Origin: Candidatus Poribacteria bacterium
GTDB taxonomy: Bacteria > Poribacteria > WGA-4E > WGA-3G
Direction of reading: 5' to 3'
NCBI GenBank assembly: GCA_965198235.1
Contig: OZ240248.1
Coordinates: 3,808,001 to 3,872,000 of the forward strand
DNA: 64,000 nt
Under the pieces are notes generated by a model that worked only from the letters and a program-made list of their open reading frames with translations, did not search any database and was not told the DNA's origin. The translations under genes and the position numbers were made by a program. The first letter of the stretch is position 1. Every line of letters begins with the position of its first letter. This document shows, piece by piece, positions 49,970 through 60,631 of this stretch.

Positions 49970-51298
49970 ATGAAACGGTTCATCGCTTTATCGCGGAAGG
50001 GTAACGTCGCACCCAGTGGGCTTTTCTTCATTGGGATGCTTCTCGTTTCGTTCGGTTTAGTAGGATGTGGCGGAAAACTCGGAAAAATAGAAGCATCAGC
50101 AGTTGACACGGCGATCGCGGACGCTGAAGCAGCTATTGCAGCGGCAGTAGCGGTTGATGCACCGACACTCGCATCGGATGTGTTTGAAGCTGCGAAAGCC
50201 AACCTTGAGGCTGCAAAAACAGCACTCGACGAGAAAAAAGGAAACGATGCGCTCCGCCTCGCATATCAAGCGATGGCTAATGCCACACTTGCTCGAACGA
50301 ATTCTATCAATATCACTAAAAATTCGGAATTGAATGCATCTATACTCCAGAAGGAAGCTGAAGCAGAATCACTTCGCGAGACTGTTAGTAGTAAAAAGGA
50401 AGAACTCGCAGGGCTTCACTCCGAGATTCAAGACGTTCAGAGCAAGGGAACGCAACTGAAACAGACCGTTCGCGACCTCCAGAAAGAGAATCGTGAGTTG
50501 GGCGATACACGGGCAGCCTACGGGGAACAGGTCGCACAACTCTCTGAAACTTTAGGAGAGATTCAGAGACGTGCTCGACGGGCGGAAACCGAGATTCGCA
50601 ATTACGGTAGAGAGGTTGCAGCACTCCGTCGGAAACTTGAAGTTGCTGACAGAATGGTGAAAGAGGAAGGGTATCAGAAACGGTCGGTTATCGCTGAGAT
50701 AGATTCTCTTAAGAGACAACTCCGTGAACAGGCGCAAATTTATACCGAGAAACTTGCAGAAGCCAACCAGCAAAATGCAGGCGCGAAGCATGCGGAATAT
50801 CTCAAACAGAAAGCACAAGAGGCGCGGGCGTATGTTGACAGTCAACCGGCACTCCATCCTGCTAAGACCGGGCGCATTACGCTTTCTACTGAACAGATTG
50901 CAGCTGGCAAGATGGCACTTAGTAATTGGGAGCGCGCATGGCATGCGAAGAACTTCAATGGACACCTTGCCTACTATGAACCTAATATTATTGCCGACAA
51001 AGTCGTGATTCACGAGAGTAAAGAACATCGAAGTAAAATCGATCTCCAGCAACTCGAAGCAGATCTTCACCAGATGAGCACCCACGCGTGGAACAAAGCC
51101 AAAGCCGATACCGAGGTCGAGGGAGAAAGTGTTATCGGTATCCATCGACTGACCCGGTTGGCGACTCCAGCAGCAGACGAGAACGCTACGGAGCTCTACA
51201 ATATTTGGATTCGCGAAGTCTGGATGCATCAAGTTGGTAACGACTGGAAAATTCATCACGAAATCTGGCAAATCTATGAGAACGTACCAAATTTTTAA
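49970..51298 (+). CDS. Lipoprotein: DUF4398-like plus long coiled coil plus NTF2-like domain
   Basis: Lipobox LVGC, Ala-rich helical domain, WERAWHAKNFNGHLAYY...WKIHHE. Confidence 0.7.
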   Translation: MKRFIALSRKGNVAPSGLFFIGMLLVSFGLVGCGGKLGKIEASAVDTAIADAEAAIAAAVAVDAPTLASDVFEAAKANLEAAKTALDEKKGNDALRLAYQAMANATLARTNSINITKNSELNASILQKEAEAESLRETVSSKKEELAGLHSEIQDVQSKGTQLKQTVRDLQKENRELGDTRAAYGEQVAQLSETLGEIQRRARRAETEIRNYGREVAALRRKLEVADRMVKEEGYQKRSVIAEIDSLKRQLREQAQIYTEKLAEANQQNAGAKHAEYLKQKAQEARAYVDSQPALHPAKTGRITLSTEQIAAGKMALSNWERAWHAKNFNGHLAYYEPNIIADKVVIHESKEHRSKIDLQQLEADLHQMSTHAWNKAKADTEVEGESVIGIHRLTRLATPAADENATELYNIWIREVWMHQVGNDWKIHHEIWQIYENVPNF

Positions 51299-51466
51299 TT
51301 TTTTAATTATGGACTCTTGGGCTACACGACTACAGACAGGTTCTGCCTCACGGTAGAAAATACGCCAGCAGAGCAAAATGTCTGTAGGTTCTGCCTCACG
51401 GCAGAAAATACAATGCCCCTTCTTGCTCCAGCGGAGCAAAATGTCTGTAGAAGCGGAGGTTAAATC

Positions 51467-52870
51467 GTGAACGACGCACAGAACCGGCAAAACAGTCAAA
51501 AGAAATTCACTATACCCCGGAACCTACTGTGGGGTGGTGCGATTGCAGCAATCGTCATCGCTTTTGTTCTATTCCTTGTGATCTTCATGAGTTCCAGTGA
51601 GACCCCTACAGCCTTTTTGGTGAAATGGAAAAGTGCACTCGAATCTGGCGATCCGAAAAGGTATGAAGCACTTTGGGTGAAAAGTGCACGCCAACGTCCT
51701 GATACGGGCTATCAGAGGACTGTGAAACTCCTTAGGGATAGCGTAAATTTTGAGGTTGACCTTGGAGGCGCCAGTCAACCCTATCGAGTTCCTCGCTATA
51801 CGAACCGCTTCCGGATTGAAGGGATTCCTCTCACGGCTTATTATCCAGGCGAAGCGCAACAGCAGTTGCGGAATCTTGTTATTGAAAAGAAAGGTATTAT
51901 TCAACAACGGTGGAAAATTGTCCAGGAGGAGATAGTCGGTAGTGAATTCGCTCCTACACTGTCAACCCCTCCCAGGCAGCAACCTGGGATTACAGAACAG
52001 CCCAATAGCCCTGTAGTTCCCCTCGTGATGGCTTGGAAGGCTGCCTTAGAGACCCAGAATTTAAAGGCGTATACCGACCTATGGGATAAATCCGCTCGGA
52101 AAAAACGAGCCGCAAGTTTTGGGCGTGCTAAGGACCTGATGTCGCAAACCCACGTCGTTGATCTCGCTGGAGCTACTTATACTGCTGTTCCACGACGCAA
52201 AAACCGGCACGTGGTTGACAACATTCAGGTAACTTTGCAAAATGGCGGTGATACCATTGAGACCCACACCCGCACACTCACGGTTGAGAAAAAGGGGTTT
52301 TTCAGACGAAGATGGAAACTCATGAACGATCAAATCAATGTGATGTCTGATGCTATCGCACTCGCACCAGATATGCCTGGGGTGGACACTGTCTCTGGTG
52401 AAGAGTCCGGGGGCACTTTCGACGGAAATGCGCCATTGGATACACACCTCAAAGTGAGACAGGTGTTAGGGAAATGGCAGGCGGCTTGGGAAGAAAAGAA
52501 CCTGAATACCTATATGTCCATCTATTCCGATGAAGCACAAATTACCCGTGTGAGTGTCCGAGGCGGAAGGGAAACTTCGGTTTATCTTACAAAAGGACAG
52601 CTCCGCGCCAAGATGAAGAAACTCAATACTCTGTACGCTGACATCCAGGTCTCTATCTCCAATTTACAGGTTAACGGAGATCGGGCGGTTGCAGATGTCA
52701 AGTTTCTACAAAAATTCACTGGCACTCCGGCGAGTGGTAGCCGACCCGCTTACTCCGATTACGGCACTAAAAAACTCAATCTCATGGTAGATCCAACTGA
52801 CGGACATTGGCGCATTTACGGTGAGACGTGGAGTCGATACGAGGATGTACCGGATTTTCCGAAAATGTAG
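51467..52870 (+). CDS. Membrane-anchored protein with three NTF2-like repeats
   Basis: One TM; WKSALE/WKAALE/WQAAWE repeats each ending W(K/R)(I/L). Confidence 0.7.
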   Translation: MNDAQNRQNSQKKFTIPRNLLWGGAIAAIVIAFVLFLVIFMSSSETPTAFLVKWKSALESGDPKRYEALWVKSARQRPDTGYQRTVKLLRDSVNFEVDLGGASQPYRVPRYTNRFRIEGIPLTAYYPGEAQQQLRNLVIEKKGIIQQRWKIVQEEIVGSEFAPTLSTPPRQQPGITEQPNSPVVPLVMAWKAALETQNLKAYTDLWDKSARKKRAASFGRAKDLMSQTHVVDLAGATYTAVPRRKNRHVVDNIQVTLQNGGDTIETHTRTLTVEKKGFFRRRWKLMNDQINVMSDAIALAPDMPGVDTVSGEESGGTFDGNAPLDTHLKVRQVLGKWQAAWEEKNLNTYMSIYSDEAQITRVSVRGGRETSVYLTKGQLRAKMKKLNTLYADIQVSISNLQVNGDRAVADVKFLQKFTGTPASGSRPAYSDYGTKKLNLMVDPTDGHWRIYGETWSRYEDVPDFPKM

Positions 52871-52924
52871 ATGAATGGCTGTCGGTTTCCGACGGCTGAC
52901 AGCCAATAGCCATATACCCCCAAA

Positions 52925-53341
52925 ATGCACACCGAGTACCGAACCAAACGCAAAATCGAGTTTGCTGATACCGATATGGCGGGTATCGTCCATTTTACAC
53001 GGTTTTTTGTCTTTATGGAGACGGCGGAACACGAATTCCTCCGTAGTTTAGGTACAAGTGTCGCCACCGAATGGAACGGAGATAAGATCGGATGGCCCCG
53101 ACTCGCTGCTTCGTGTGAATACTTAAGCCCCCTCCGATTTGAGGATGAGGTGGACATCCGCCTCCGAGTTACCAAAAAGGGGACGAAATCCCTCACCTAC
53201 CAATTCCATTTTACGCATCAAGGAAGGGACATCGCACATGGGCAGATCACCACAGTTTGTTGTATAACGAACCCCGGTGAAAAACTACGCGCGATTCCTA
53301 TCCCAGATTTCATCGCAGATCAAATACACTGTCCATCATAG
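52925..53341 (+). CDS. Acyl-CoA thioesterase (4HBT/YbgC hotdog family)
   Basis: FADTDMAGIVHF, YLSPLRFEDEV. Confidence 0.9.
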   Translation: MHTEYRTKRKIEFADTDMAGIVHFTRFFVFMETAEHEFLRSLGTSVATEWNGDKIGWPRLAASCEYLSPLRFEDEVDIRLRVTKKGTKSLTYQFHFTHQGRDIAHGQITTVCCITNPGEKLRAIPIPDFIADQIHCPS

Positions 53342-53408
53342 AGGCAGTTTGCGACCTTCATTTATTGCTGAATGGCATGTACCCTTATATAACGGAGTAT
53401 TATAGAGT

Positions 53409-54098
53409 ATGAACCAAGCCGATACGAACACCCCCTTGCTGAAAGTATCCAATATATCTAAAGATTTTGGGGCAGTCGAGGTCCTACGGGATATTTCGTT
53501 TAGTTTCACGGGTGGAACGTCTGTCGCCATTACGGGGCCTTCTGGCTCCGGTAAAAGCACACTTCTGCACATCATCGGCACCTTAGAAAAGCCCTCCGGC
53601 GGGCAGGTTGAGATTAACAACACCGATCCATTTACGCTCTCTGAGCCTGAACTTGCGCGATATCGAAACGCTGTCATCGGGTTCGTATTTCAAGAGCATT
53701 ATCTACTTCCACAATATTCCGTACTTGAAAATATCCTCGTACCTACATTCGCTTTCAAGCAGAAACCTGACGCGACCCAGCGGGCACATGAACTCCTCAA
53801 ACGGGTTGGGCTTACGCATCGGACATCGCACCGACCCCCTGAACTTTCGGGGGGTGAACGACAACGCGTTGCGATCGCTCGTGCACTTATCAATCAACCC
53901 GGCATTCTTCTCTGCGATGAGCCGACCGGAAATTTGGATACTGCTACTTCCGAAACTATCGCGGATCTACTCTTTGAGCTGCACGGCGTAGAGCAGAATA
54001 TACTCATCGTTGTCACGCACAACCTCGCACTCGCCTCGAGCTTTCAGCAACACCTGCAGCTTTCAGATGGAACTTTCACCCGCAACGGAGATACCTAA
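53409..54098 (+). CDS. ABC transporter ATP-binding protein (LolD/MacB type)
   Basis: GPSGSGKST, LSGGERQR, CDEPTGNLD. Confidence 0.92.
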   Translation: MNQADTNTPLLKVSNISKDFGAVEVLRDISFSFTGGTSVAITGPSGSGKSTLLHIIGTLEKPSGGQVEINNTDPFTLSEPELARYRNAVIGFVFQEHYLLPQYSVLENILVPTFAFKQKPDATQRAHELLKRVGLTHRTSHRPPELSGGERQRVAIARALINQPGILLCDEPTGNLDTATSETIADLLFELHGVEQNILIVVTHNLALASSFQQHLQLSDGTFTRNGDT

Positions 54099-54222
54099 CA
54101 CCCGCAACACCATAAGAGGGTTATCGGTGAATTGGCTATCGGCTGTCGGCTATCGGCTTTCAGCAAAGAGGTTTCTGATGAACCAGACTCTTCTTGCTGA
54201 CCGCTGATGGCTGACGACTATC

Positions 54223-57200
54223 TTGCTGACAACTATCAAACAGATTATGCGCGAATTTTCTTGGAGTTCTTTCAAGTATTTTTGGCAGATACACCTTATC
54301 GTCGCGCTTTGCACTGCTGTGGCGACGGGTGTGCTTGCGGGAGCGTTGATTGTCGGAGATTCTGTGCGAGGAAGCCTGCAGAGCTTAACACAGGAACGAC
54401 TCGGCACAATCCAACATGCCCTCCTCGCTGACCGTTTTTTCCCGCCAGACATCCTATACCGACAGAACACAGTCTCAGCAATCTTGCTGAACGGGACAAT
54501 CGTTGCGCCACAAACGCAGACGCGGGCATCGAGAGTCAACATCCTCGGTGTCCAAGATAGTTTCTTCGCATTTTGGGAAGGAAACGCCGCGCCAAGTCTG
54601 AACAAAACAGATGAACAACCCTTCAATGCCATCGTCATCAACGAGGCACTACAGAACGAACTGAACGTCCAAGTAGGCGACACGCTCCTCGTAAATGTCC
54701 CCCAAGCCGCTGACATCCATCCAGAATTCCTTCTCGGCGAGCGCGACGCATCCGAGGCTATCCAAAGCCTACGCTTGATTATTAGTGAAGTTGTTCCCAT
54801 TGAGAATGCTGGGAGATTTAGTCTTCGCGCACATCAAAGTCTTCCGTTGAACGCTTTCATCGCGCTCCCGGTTTTACAAAGAGTACTTGGGCAACGGAAT
54901 AGGGTAAACGCTCTGTTTACGGCGGAAACAGTCCCAATTTCGTCTGACGATCTCGCGTTGCGCATAGACGCACTCGACTTGGACGTTCAAGAGCACGGCA
55001 CTCACTTTGATGTCCAAAGTCAGCAGTATCTCCTTAAGCCGATTTTTTCTGACCTCGCGCTAACGATCGCTGCTGAAAACCGAATTCCAACGCTCCCGAC
55101 ACTCACCTATCTCGCAAATACGATCTCTGCAAATGGCAAAACCGTTCCGTATTCGACAATCGTCGCACTCCCCACTGATGAAGGGGAGTTTTCTGAACTT
55201 CTTAGCAAAAACACTACAGAGAAACCGCAGATAAACAACGAAAACCAAGCCCGAAATGAAATGGAGGGGTTTTTGCCTGAGCGTTTCTTCAACTCGAACA
55301 CGGAAGACCCTCAAACTTCAAATCCCGTTGTTTATCCGCAAGGAAAATTAGAAAATCCTGAAATTATCCTCAATACATGGACGGCGACCGACCTCGGCGT
55401 GGAAGTCGGTGACGAGATCAGCGTCACATACTATCGCGTTGGGGCGGGAGAAGAATACATCACGGAAACGGCTCTGTTCCGCCTGAAGGGGGTTCTGCCA
55501 ATTGAAGGCATCGCCGCCGATAGAGACCTCATCCCTACTTTTCCCGGTATCCATGATACCGCTGATATGTCTGAGTGGGAATCCCCATTTCCGATCGATT
55601 ACTCACTTATTCGTGGTAAAGACGAAGCGTATTGGGATGAATACGGTGCGACACCGAAAGCGTTTATTCCACTGGAAACCGGTAAGCAACTTTGGAAAAA
55701 CCGATTCGGGGACCTCACCGCCATTCGGTTGGGTATTGCGCTAGACGCAGACTTGCAAGCAACACGCACGCTTTTTGAAACCGAATTCCTCAAAAAGATT
55801 CAACCGGAACAGGTTGGATTCCGATTCTTGGCACTTCAATCTGACGGACTTCAAGCCTCCGCCGGTGCAACAGATTTCGGAATGCTCTTTAGCAGTCTGA
55901 GTGCCTTTATCATTATTGCTGTCGCTTTGTTAGTGGGGATGCTTTTCCGCATCGGTGTAGAGCAACGGTCGCGTGAGATCGGTGTATTACAAGCGATCGG
56001 TTATCCCCTCACCAAAATCCGTCGCCGGTTCCTCTATGAAGGAGGTATCATCGTCGGTATCGGTAGTTTATGGGGTTGTCTGCTTGCGGTCGGGTATGCG
56101 CAATTGATGATATTCGGTTTACAAACGTGGTGGCTCCCTGCTATCGGGACCCCGTTTATGGAACTTCATGTCAGCGTATGGAGCTTGCTAATTGGCGCAC
56201 TTATTTCGTTGGCTGTGGTAATGCTCTCTATCCGCCTGACTGTCCACAAAGTGGGAAAAACTTCCACCGTGTCCCTCCTCGCGGGTAAAACCGATTTTGT
56301 TGAGGCAGCTGTAGGAGACAAACCCAAAAATAGGTGGATGGGACCCCTGAGCTGGTTGGCCGCCGCGATTGGGTTCGGGATAGGTATATGGGTAGAACAG
56401 CCTGTGGTGAGTCTACTGTTTGTAGCACTGTTGGTTATCGGCATCGGGTCGGAGGTATTCAATAAATGGTTAAAATCACAGAATGTACCGAAACAGTTGA
56501 ACAGAGTGCGGTTCGCCATCAGAAACGCTGCGCGACAACCGGGACGGAGCAAGACCTGTGTTACCACAATCGGTATAGCGTGCTGTATCATCGTTGCGGT
56601 GGGGGCAAATCGACACGATGCGCCACCAGAAACGGAATACGCCTTTGTCGCTGAATCCGTGCTCCCTTTGCACCATAACCTGAATACACCGGACGGTAGG
56701 TTTGAACTCGGTTTTTCTGATAAAGCCTCTGAGCTGCTTAGTGCGTCGGAGGTAATTCCGTTTCGTGTGTTGCCGGGTGAAGATGTCAGTTGTCTGAATC
56801 TCTACCAGCCCCAGAAACCGCAAATTTTGGGTGCTTCTGATGCGATGTTAGACGGAGCTCCTTGGATCAGCCTGAATCTGATGTCCACTGAAAACGGTAA
56901 AGTTCCTGCTATCGGCGATGAAAAGTCGCTCCGTTGGATTTTGCATCACAATCCGGACGATGATTTTATCGTCCAAGATGAATTTGGAAAGCCGCTCCGT
57001 CTCGAACTTGAGACGATTGTGAACAGTCTTTTCCAAAGCCAATTAATCATCTCTGAATCCAATTTCACGAAATACTTTCCCAGTCAAAGCGGATACCAAT
57101 TTTTTCTCATCAAAACGCCGCCTGCTTTGCGGGAAGAGACGGCGCAAGTCTTAGAGAAAACATTAGGGGATTACGGTTTTGACCTTGCGTCTGCATCCGC

Positions 57201-57609
57201 ACGTTTGGCGAGTTATCGGGCGGTTGAAAATACTTATATCTCTACTTTTCAAAGCCTCGGTGGTTTAGGGGTGCTGCTCGGTACTTTCGGGTTAGCACTG
57301 GTGCTGTTTAGAAATATCATTGAACGCCGTGGCGAATTAGCGACTCTGCGTGCCTTCGGTTTCAGACGGCGACTTCTCTCGTGGATGCTTTTCCTCGAAA
57401 GTTGTTTCCTCCTCGTTATTGGAATGCTTATCGGGATTGTCGCCGGACTTGCCTCGATTTTTGCTTCGCAGGGACATCTCCCGTCCTTTCCGTGGTTTTC
57501 CCTTACAATTACCTTGCTTTTCATCTTCGGTTTTGGTATAATTGCAAATGCCGTTGCCGTTGCTGTGGCACTTCGAAGCCCGCTCTTGACAACGCTCAAG
57601 TCTGAGTGA
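54223..57609 (+). CDS. Large FtsX/MacB-like ABC permease
   Basis: GALIVGDSVRGSL; two FtsX segments (EQRSREIGVL, ERRGELATLRA); start may be ATG at 54247. Confidence 0.85.
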   Translation: MLTTIKQIMREFSWSSFKYFWQIHLIVALCTAVATGVLAGALIVGDSVRGSLQSLTQERLGTIQHALLADRFFPPDILYRQNTVSAILLNGTIVAPQTQTRASRVNILGVQDSFFAFWEGNAAPSLNKTDEQPFNAIVINEALQNELNVQVGDTLLVNVPQAADIHPEFLLGERDASEAIQSLRLIISEVVPIENAGRFSLRAHQSLPLNAFIALPVLQRVLGQRNRVNALFTAETVPISSDDLALRIDALDLDVQEHGTHFDVQSQQYLLKPIFSDLALTIAAENRIPTLPTLTYLANTISANGKTVPYSTIVALPTDEGEFSELLSKNTTEKPQINNENQARNEMEGFLPERFFNSNTEDPQTSNPVVYPQGKLENPEIILNTWTATDLGVEVGDEISVTYYRVGAGEEYITETALFRLKGVLPIEGIAADRDLIPTFPGIHDTADMSEWESPFPIDYSLIRGKDEAYWDEYGATPKAFIPLETGKQLWKNRFGDLTAIRLGIALDADLQATRTLFETEFLKKIQPEQVGFRFLALQSDGLQASAGATDFGMLFSSLSAFIIIAVALLVGMLFRIGVEQRSREIGVLQAIGYPLTKIRRRFLYEGGIIVGIGSLWGCLLAVGYAQLMIFGLQTWWLPAIGTPFMELHVSVWSLLIGALISLAVVMLSIRLTVHKVGKTSTVSLLAGKTDFVEAAVGDKPKNRWMGPLSWLAAAIGFGIGIWVEQPVVSLLFVALLVIGIGSEVFNKWLKSQNVPKQLNRVRFAIRNAARQPGRSKTCVTTIGIACCIIVAVGANRHDAPPETEYAFVAESVLPLHHNLNTPDGRFELGFSDKASELLSASEVIPFRVLPGEDVSCLNLYQPQKPQILGASDAMLDGAPWISLNLMSTENGKVPAIGDEKSLRWILHHNPDDDFIVQDEFGKPLRLELETIVNSLFQSQLIISESNFTKYFPSQSGYQFFLIKTPPALREETAQVLEKTLGDYGFDLASASARLASYRAVENTYISTFQSLGGLGVLLGTFGLALVLFRNIIERRGELATLRAFGFRRRLLSWMLFLESCFLLVIGMLIGIVAGLASIFASQGHLPSFPWFSLTITLLFIFGFGIIANAVAVAVALRSPLLTTLKSE

Positions 57610-57833
57610 TGGATCCAAGTCTAAAGACTTGGGAAACTTCCGCAACCGAACGCGGAAGTCCTTTGGAATTAACCGAAAATTGGGGTCTCTGCCCATCACT
57701 GGGGCGGAGCGTGAAACGAAGAGTCATAAAATTAGTACAAAGATTTAGCTTGGAACGAAGTGGAAAGCGGAACCCATGAAAAAACTGTGAAGTACCAAAC
57801 CACGTGCCTTAACCGACAGGAATAGTTAGAAAA

Positions 57834-58412
57834 ATGTCTCGCATTGTATATGCAATCCTACTTGCCTCTTGCCTCCTGATGCAGAGCGGGTGTTCCGATG
57901 ATCCCGATCCAAATACGTCAAGTGCGCTGAATCACATGGAACGGGGATGGCGTTCCTACGAATCAAGGGACTATGCACAGGCATTACTCAGTTTTGAGCG
58001 TGCAATCAACTTCGATGAAGATCTTGCCGATGCACATAACGGCGTGGGATGGAGTCATCTCAGCCTATCGCTAAATCCACCACTGGTACAAGAAGCGTTC
58101 CAGAACGCCGTGCAACTCGATCCGTCAAATGCGGATGCATGGGTCGGACTTGCGAATCTGCTTTTTTTGCGCCACAAAGATACAAACGATTTCCGATCTG
58201 CTATCCGAGCGATTGATAATGCGCTACAAGGTGATGCCCAATATCTCTTCCGGCACGACTATCGTTCCAAAGCCGAACTCTATGTGCTTAAGGCGGCGTG
58301 CTATTACTATCTCGGTGAAGATGCGTCTGCAAAACAGGAAGTAGACAAGGCACTCCAAATTGAAACTACAAATAGGACAGCCATTGTGCTACGAGACCTA
58401 CTCAAAGAATAA
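57834..58412 (+). CDS. TPR lipoprotein
   Basis: Lipobox QSGC, TPR helices (AHNGVGW, AWVGLA). Confidence 0.8.
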   Translation: MSRIVYAILLASCLLMQSGCSDDPDPNTSSALNHMERGWRSYESRDYAQALLSFERAINFDEDLADAHNGVGWSHLSLSLNPPLVQEAFQNAVQLDPSNADAWVGLANLLFLRHKDTNDFRSAIRAIDNALQGDAQYLFRHDYRSKAELYVLKAACYYYLGEDASAKQEVDKALQIETTNRTAIVLRDLLKE

Positions 58413-58530
58413 AGGGTTATCAGTACGCCTGCTGCACAGGCTTTCGGTTAACGGTTATCGTTCCAAAAGGCTTGTGTTAAACGAATACCTCTGAACCGAC
58501 AACCGACAACCAATATAAGGAAAAATAAAT

Positions 58531-59424
58531 ATGTCTCAGAACGTTATCACGTCTACAGACTTAACGAATTATACACCCGCCCACCGTGGAAAAGTCCGAG
58601 ATCTCTATGACCTCGGGGACGAACTGCTGATCATTTCCACAGATCGTATTTCCGCCTTTGATGTTGTTCTACCGAACGGCATTCCAGATAAGGGCGGAGT
58701 CTTAACCGGTTTATCCAAATTCTGGTTCAAGCACACTGAATCCGTTGCCGACAATCACCTCATTTCAACGGAGGTCAAAGAGTATCCCAACGCTTTGCAA
58801 CCGGATGCAGAACTTCTAAAAGGACGCTCCATGCTTGTCCACAAAGCGGATAGGGTTGATGTTGAGTGTGTCGTGCGTGGGTACCTCGCAGGTTCCGGTT
58901 GGTCCTCCTATCAGAAGACGGGAGAAATCTGTGGTCAGAAACTTCCAGACGGACTGCAGGAATCTGACCTGCTTCCAGAACTTCTGTTCACGCCAACAAC
59001 CAAAGCCGAGCAGGGTGAGCATGACGAACCGATCTCCATTGAGGAGATGCGTAACGAGGTCGGCAGCGAACTTACAGATCAGTTGATTGATACCAGTTTC
59101 GCACTTTTCAGAGCCGCCAGTGAACACGCCGAAAGTGCTGGGATTATCCTCTGCGATACCAAGTTTGAATTCGGACAACGCGACGGAAAACTCATCGTTA
59201 TTGATGAAGTCTTCACGCCGGATTCCTCTCGGTTCTGGCCCGCGGATCTCTATGAGCCCGGTAAACCGCAGCAGAGTTTTGACAAGCAGTTCGTGAGAGA
59301 TTACCTTTCCGAAATCGGTTGGAACAAACAACCCCCCGCACCTGAACTGCCGGAGACTGTTATCTCCAAAACAAGCGAGAAATACCGAGAGGCATATCGC
59401 CTCATCGTTGGTGAAGAACTGTAG
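58531..59424 (+). CDS. purC: SAICAR synthase
   Basis: GKVRDLY, DRISAFD, ECVVRGY, DTKFEFG, TPDSSRFW, DKQFVRD. Confidence 0.98.
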   Translation: MSQNVITSTDLTNYTPAHRGKVRDLYDLGDELLIISTDRISAFDVVLPNGIPDKGGVLTGLSKFWFKHTESVADNHLISTEVKEYPNALQPDAELLKGRSMLVHKADRVDVECVVRGYLAGSGWSSYQKTGEICGQKLPDGLQESDLLPELLFTPTTKAEQGEHDEPISIEEMRNEVGSELTDQLIDTSFALFRAASEHAESAGIILCDTKFEFGQRDGKLIVIDEVFTPDSSRFWPADLYEPGKPQQSFDKQFVRDYLSEIGWNKQPPAPELPETVISKTSEKYREAYRLIVGEEL

Positions 59425-59443
59425 CACACGGGAGAGATAGCAA

Positions 59444-60631
59444 ATGGCAGGACCCCTCGATGGAATAAAGGTTTTGGATTTGACACGGGTGCTCGCAGGT
59501 CCGTATGCAACCATGCTCCTCGGCGACCTCGGAGCAGAGGTAATCAAGATTGAACAGCCCGGCACAGGAGACGAATCTCGAAATTTTGGTCCCTTCAAAA
59601 ACGGGTTCAGCCTCTATTTCATGAGCGTGAATCGTGGAAAGCAGAGCGTGACGCTCAACCTTAAAACCGAGCGTGGGCAGGCAATATTCAAGCGATTATT
59701 GGAGCAGACCGATATTCTTGTTGAGAATTTCCGTCCGGGGGCGATGCAAAAACTGGGGTTGGATTACGACACGTTGAAAGTCGAGCATCCATCACTTATC
59801 TACGCCGCGTGCTCCGGTTTCGGGCAAACGGGTCCCTATGCACAGCAAGGTGCCTACGACATGATCATCCAAGGCATGGGCGGTATCATCAGTATCACAG
59901 GGGAGCCAGACGGACCACCGGTGCGTGTCGGCACCTCTATTAGTGACATCACCGCTGCCCTTTTCACGACAATCGGTGTCCTCTCCGCATTGCACCATCG
60001 TAATCGGACAGGTAGTGGACAGTTTGTCGATGTTGCCATGTTAGATAGTCTCGTTGCTGTCTTGGAAAATGCCGTTGTCCGCTATTTTGCTACGGGCGAA
60101 CCGCCTAAACCCTTGGGTGCAAGGCACCCCGCAATTACACCGTTTGAGGCATTTGCTTCTGCGGATGGACACGTCATTATCGCACTCGGAAATGATACTC
60201 TCTGGGCAAAATTCTGTGAACACGTCAATCGGCGGGAACTCATCACAGATAAACGGTTCCGAACCAACGCTGACCGAACGGAGAACCACGGTGAATTGTT
60301 TCCTATTCTCTCGGAGATCATGGCACAACGGAAGACTGATGACTGGATCGATGCACTTGGTGCCATTGGTGTACCGTGTGGTCCCATCAATGCGATGGAC
60401 AAAGTCGTCAGTCATCCACAGGTGCAAGCACGGGAAATGATTACGCGCATCGCACATCACATCACAGGCGAAGTGGAAGTGCCGGGGATGCCAATTAAAC
60501 TTTCGGAAACACCTGGGAGCGTAGATGCCCCCGCACCGAGTCTCGGAGAACATACGACCGAGGTCCTAACTGGCTTGTTGAAAATGCATCCAGATGAAGT
60601 GGAACAGTTAAGGCGAGATGGAGTTATTTGA
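59444..60631 (+). CDS. Family III CoA-transferase (CaiB/BaiF)
   Basis: LDGIKVLDLTRVLAGP, NRGKQS, ENFRPG, GFGQTGP. Confidence 0.93.
   Translation: MAGPLDGIKVLDLTRVLAGPYATMLLGDLGAEVIKIEQPGTGDESRNFGPFKNGFSLYFMSVNRGKQSVTLNLKTERGQAIFKRLLEQTDILVENFRPGAMQKLGLDYDTLKVEHPSLIYAACSGFGQTGPYAQQGAYDMIIQGMGGIISITGEPDGPPVRVGTSISDITAALFTTIGVLSALHHRNRTGSGQFVDVAMLDSLVAVLENAVVRYFATGEPPKPLGARHPAITPFEAFASADGHVIIALGNDTLWAKFCEHVNRRELITDKRFRTNADRTENHGELFPILSEIMAQRKTDDWIDALGAIGVPCGPINAMDKVVSHPQVQAREMITRIAHHITGEVEVPGMPIKLSETPGSVDAPAPSLGEHTTEVLTGLLKMHPDEVEQLRRDGVI

Noticed and set aside
51330-51450. Possible mini-CRISPR (AGGTTCTGCCTCACGG twice, GAGCAAAATGTCTGTAG twice)
   Set aside because: Interleaved REP units of the transposase-linked family, not a repeat-spacer structure
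50552-51499. 315-aa antisense ORF, and similar shadow ORFs such as 58816-59598 and 54150-54800
   Set aside because: Opposite well-supported genes with no motifs; the N-terminal repeat in 50552-51499 is translated REP DNA
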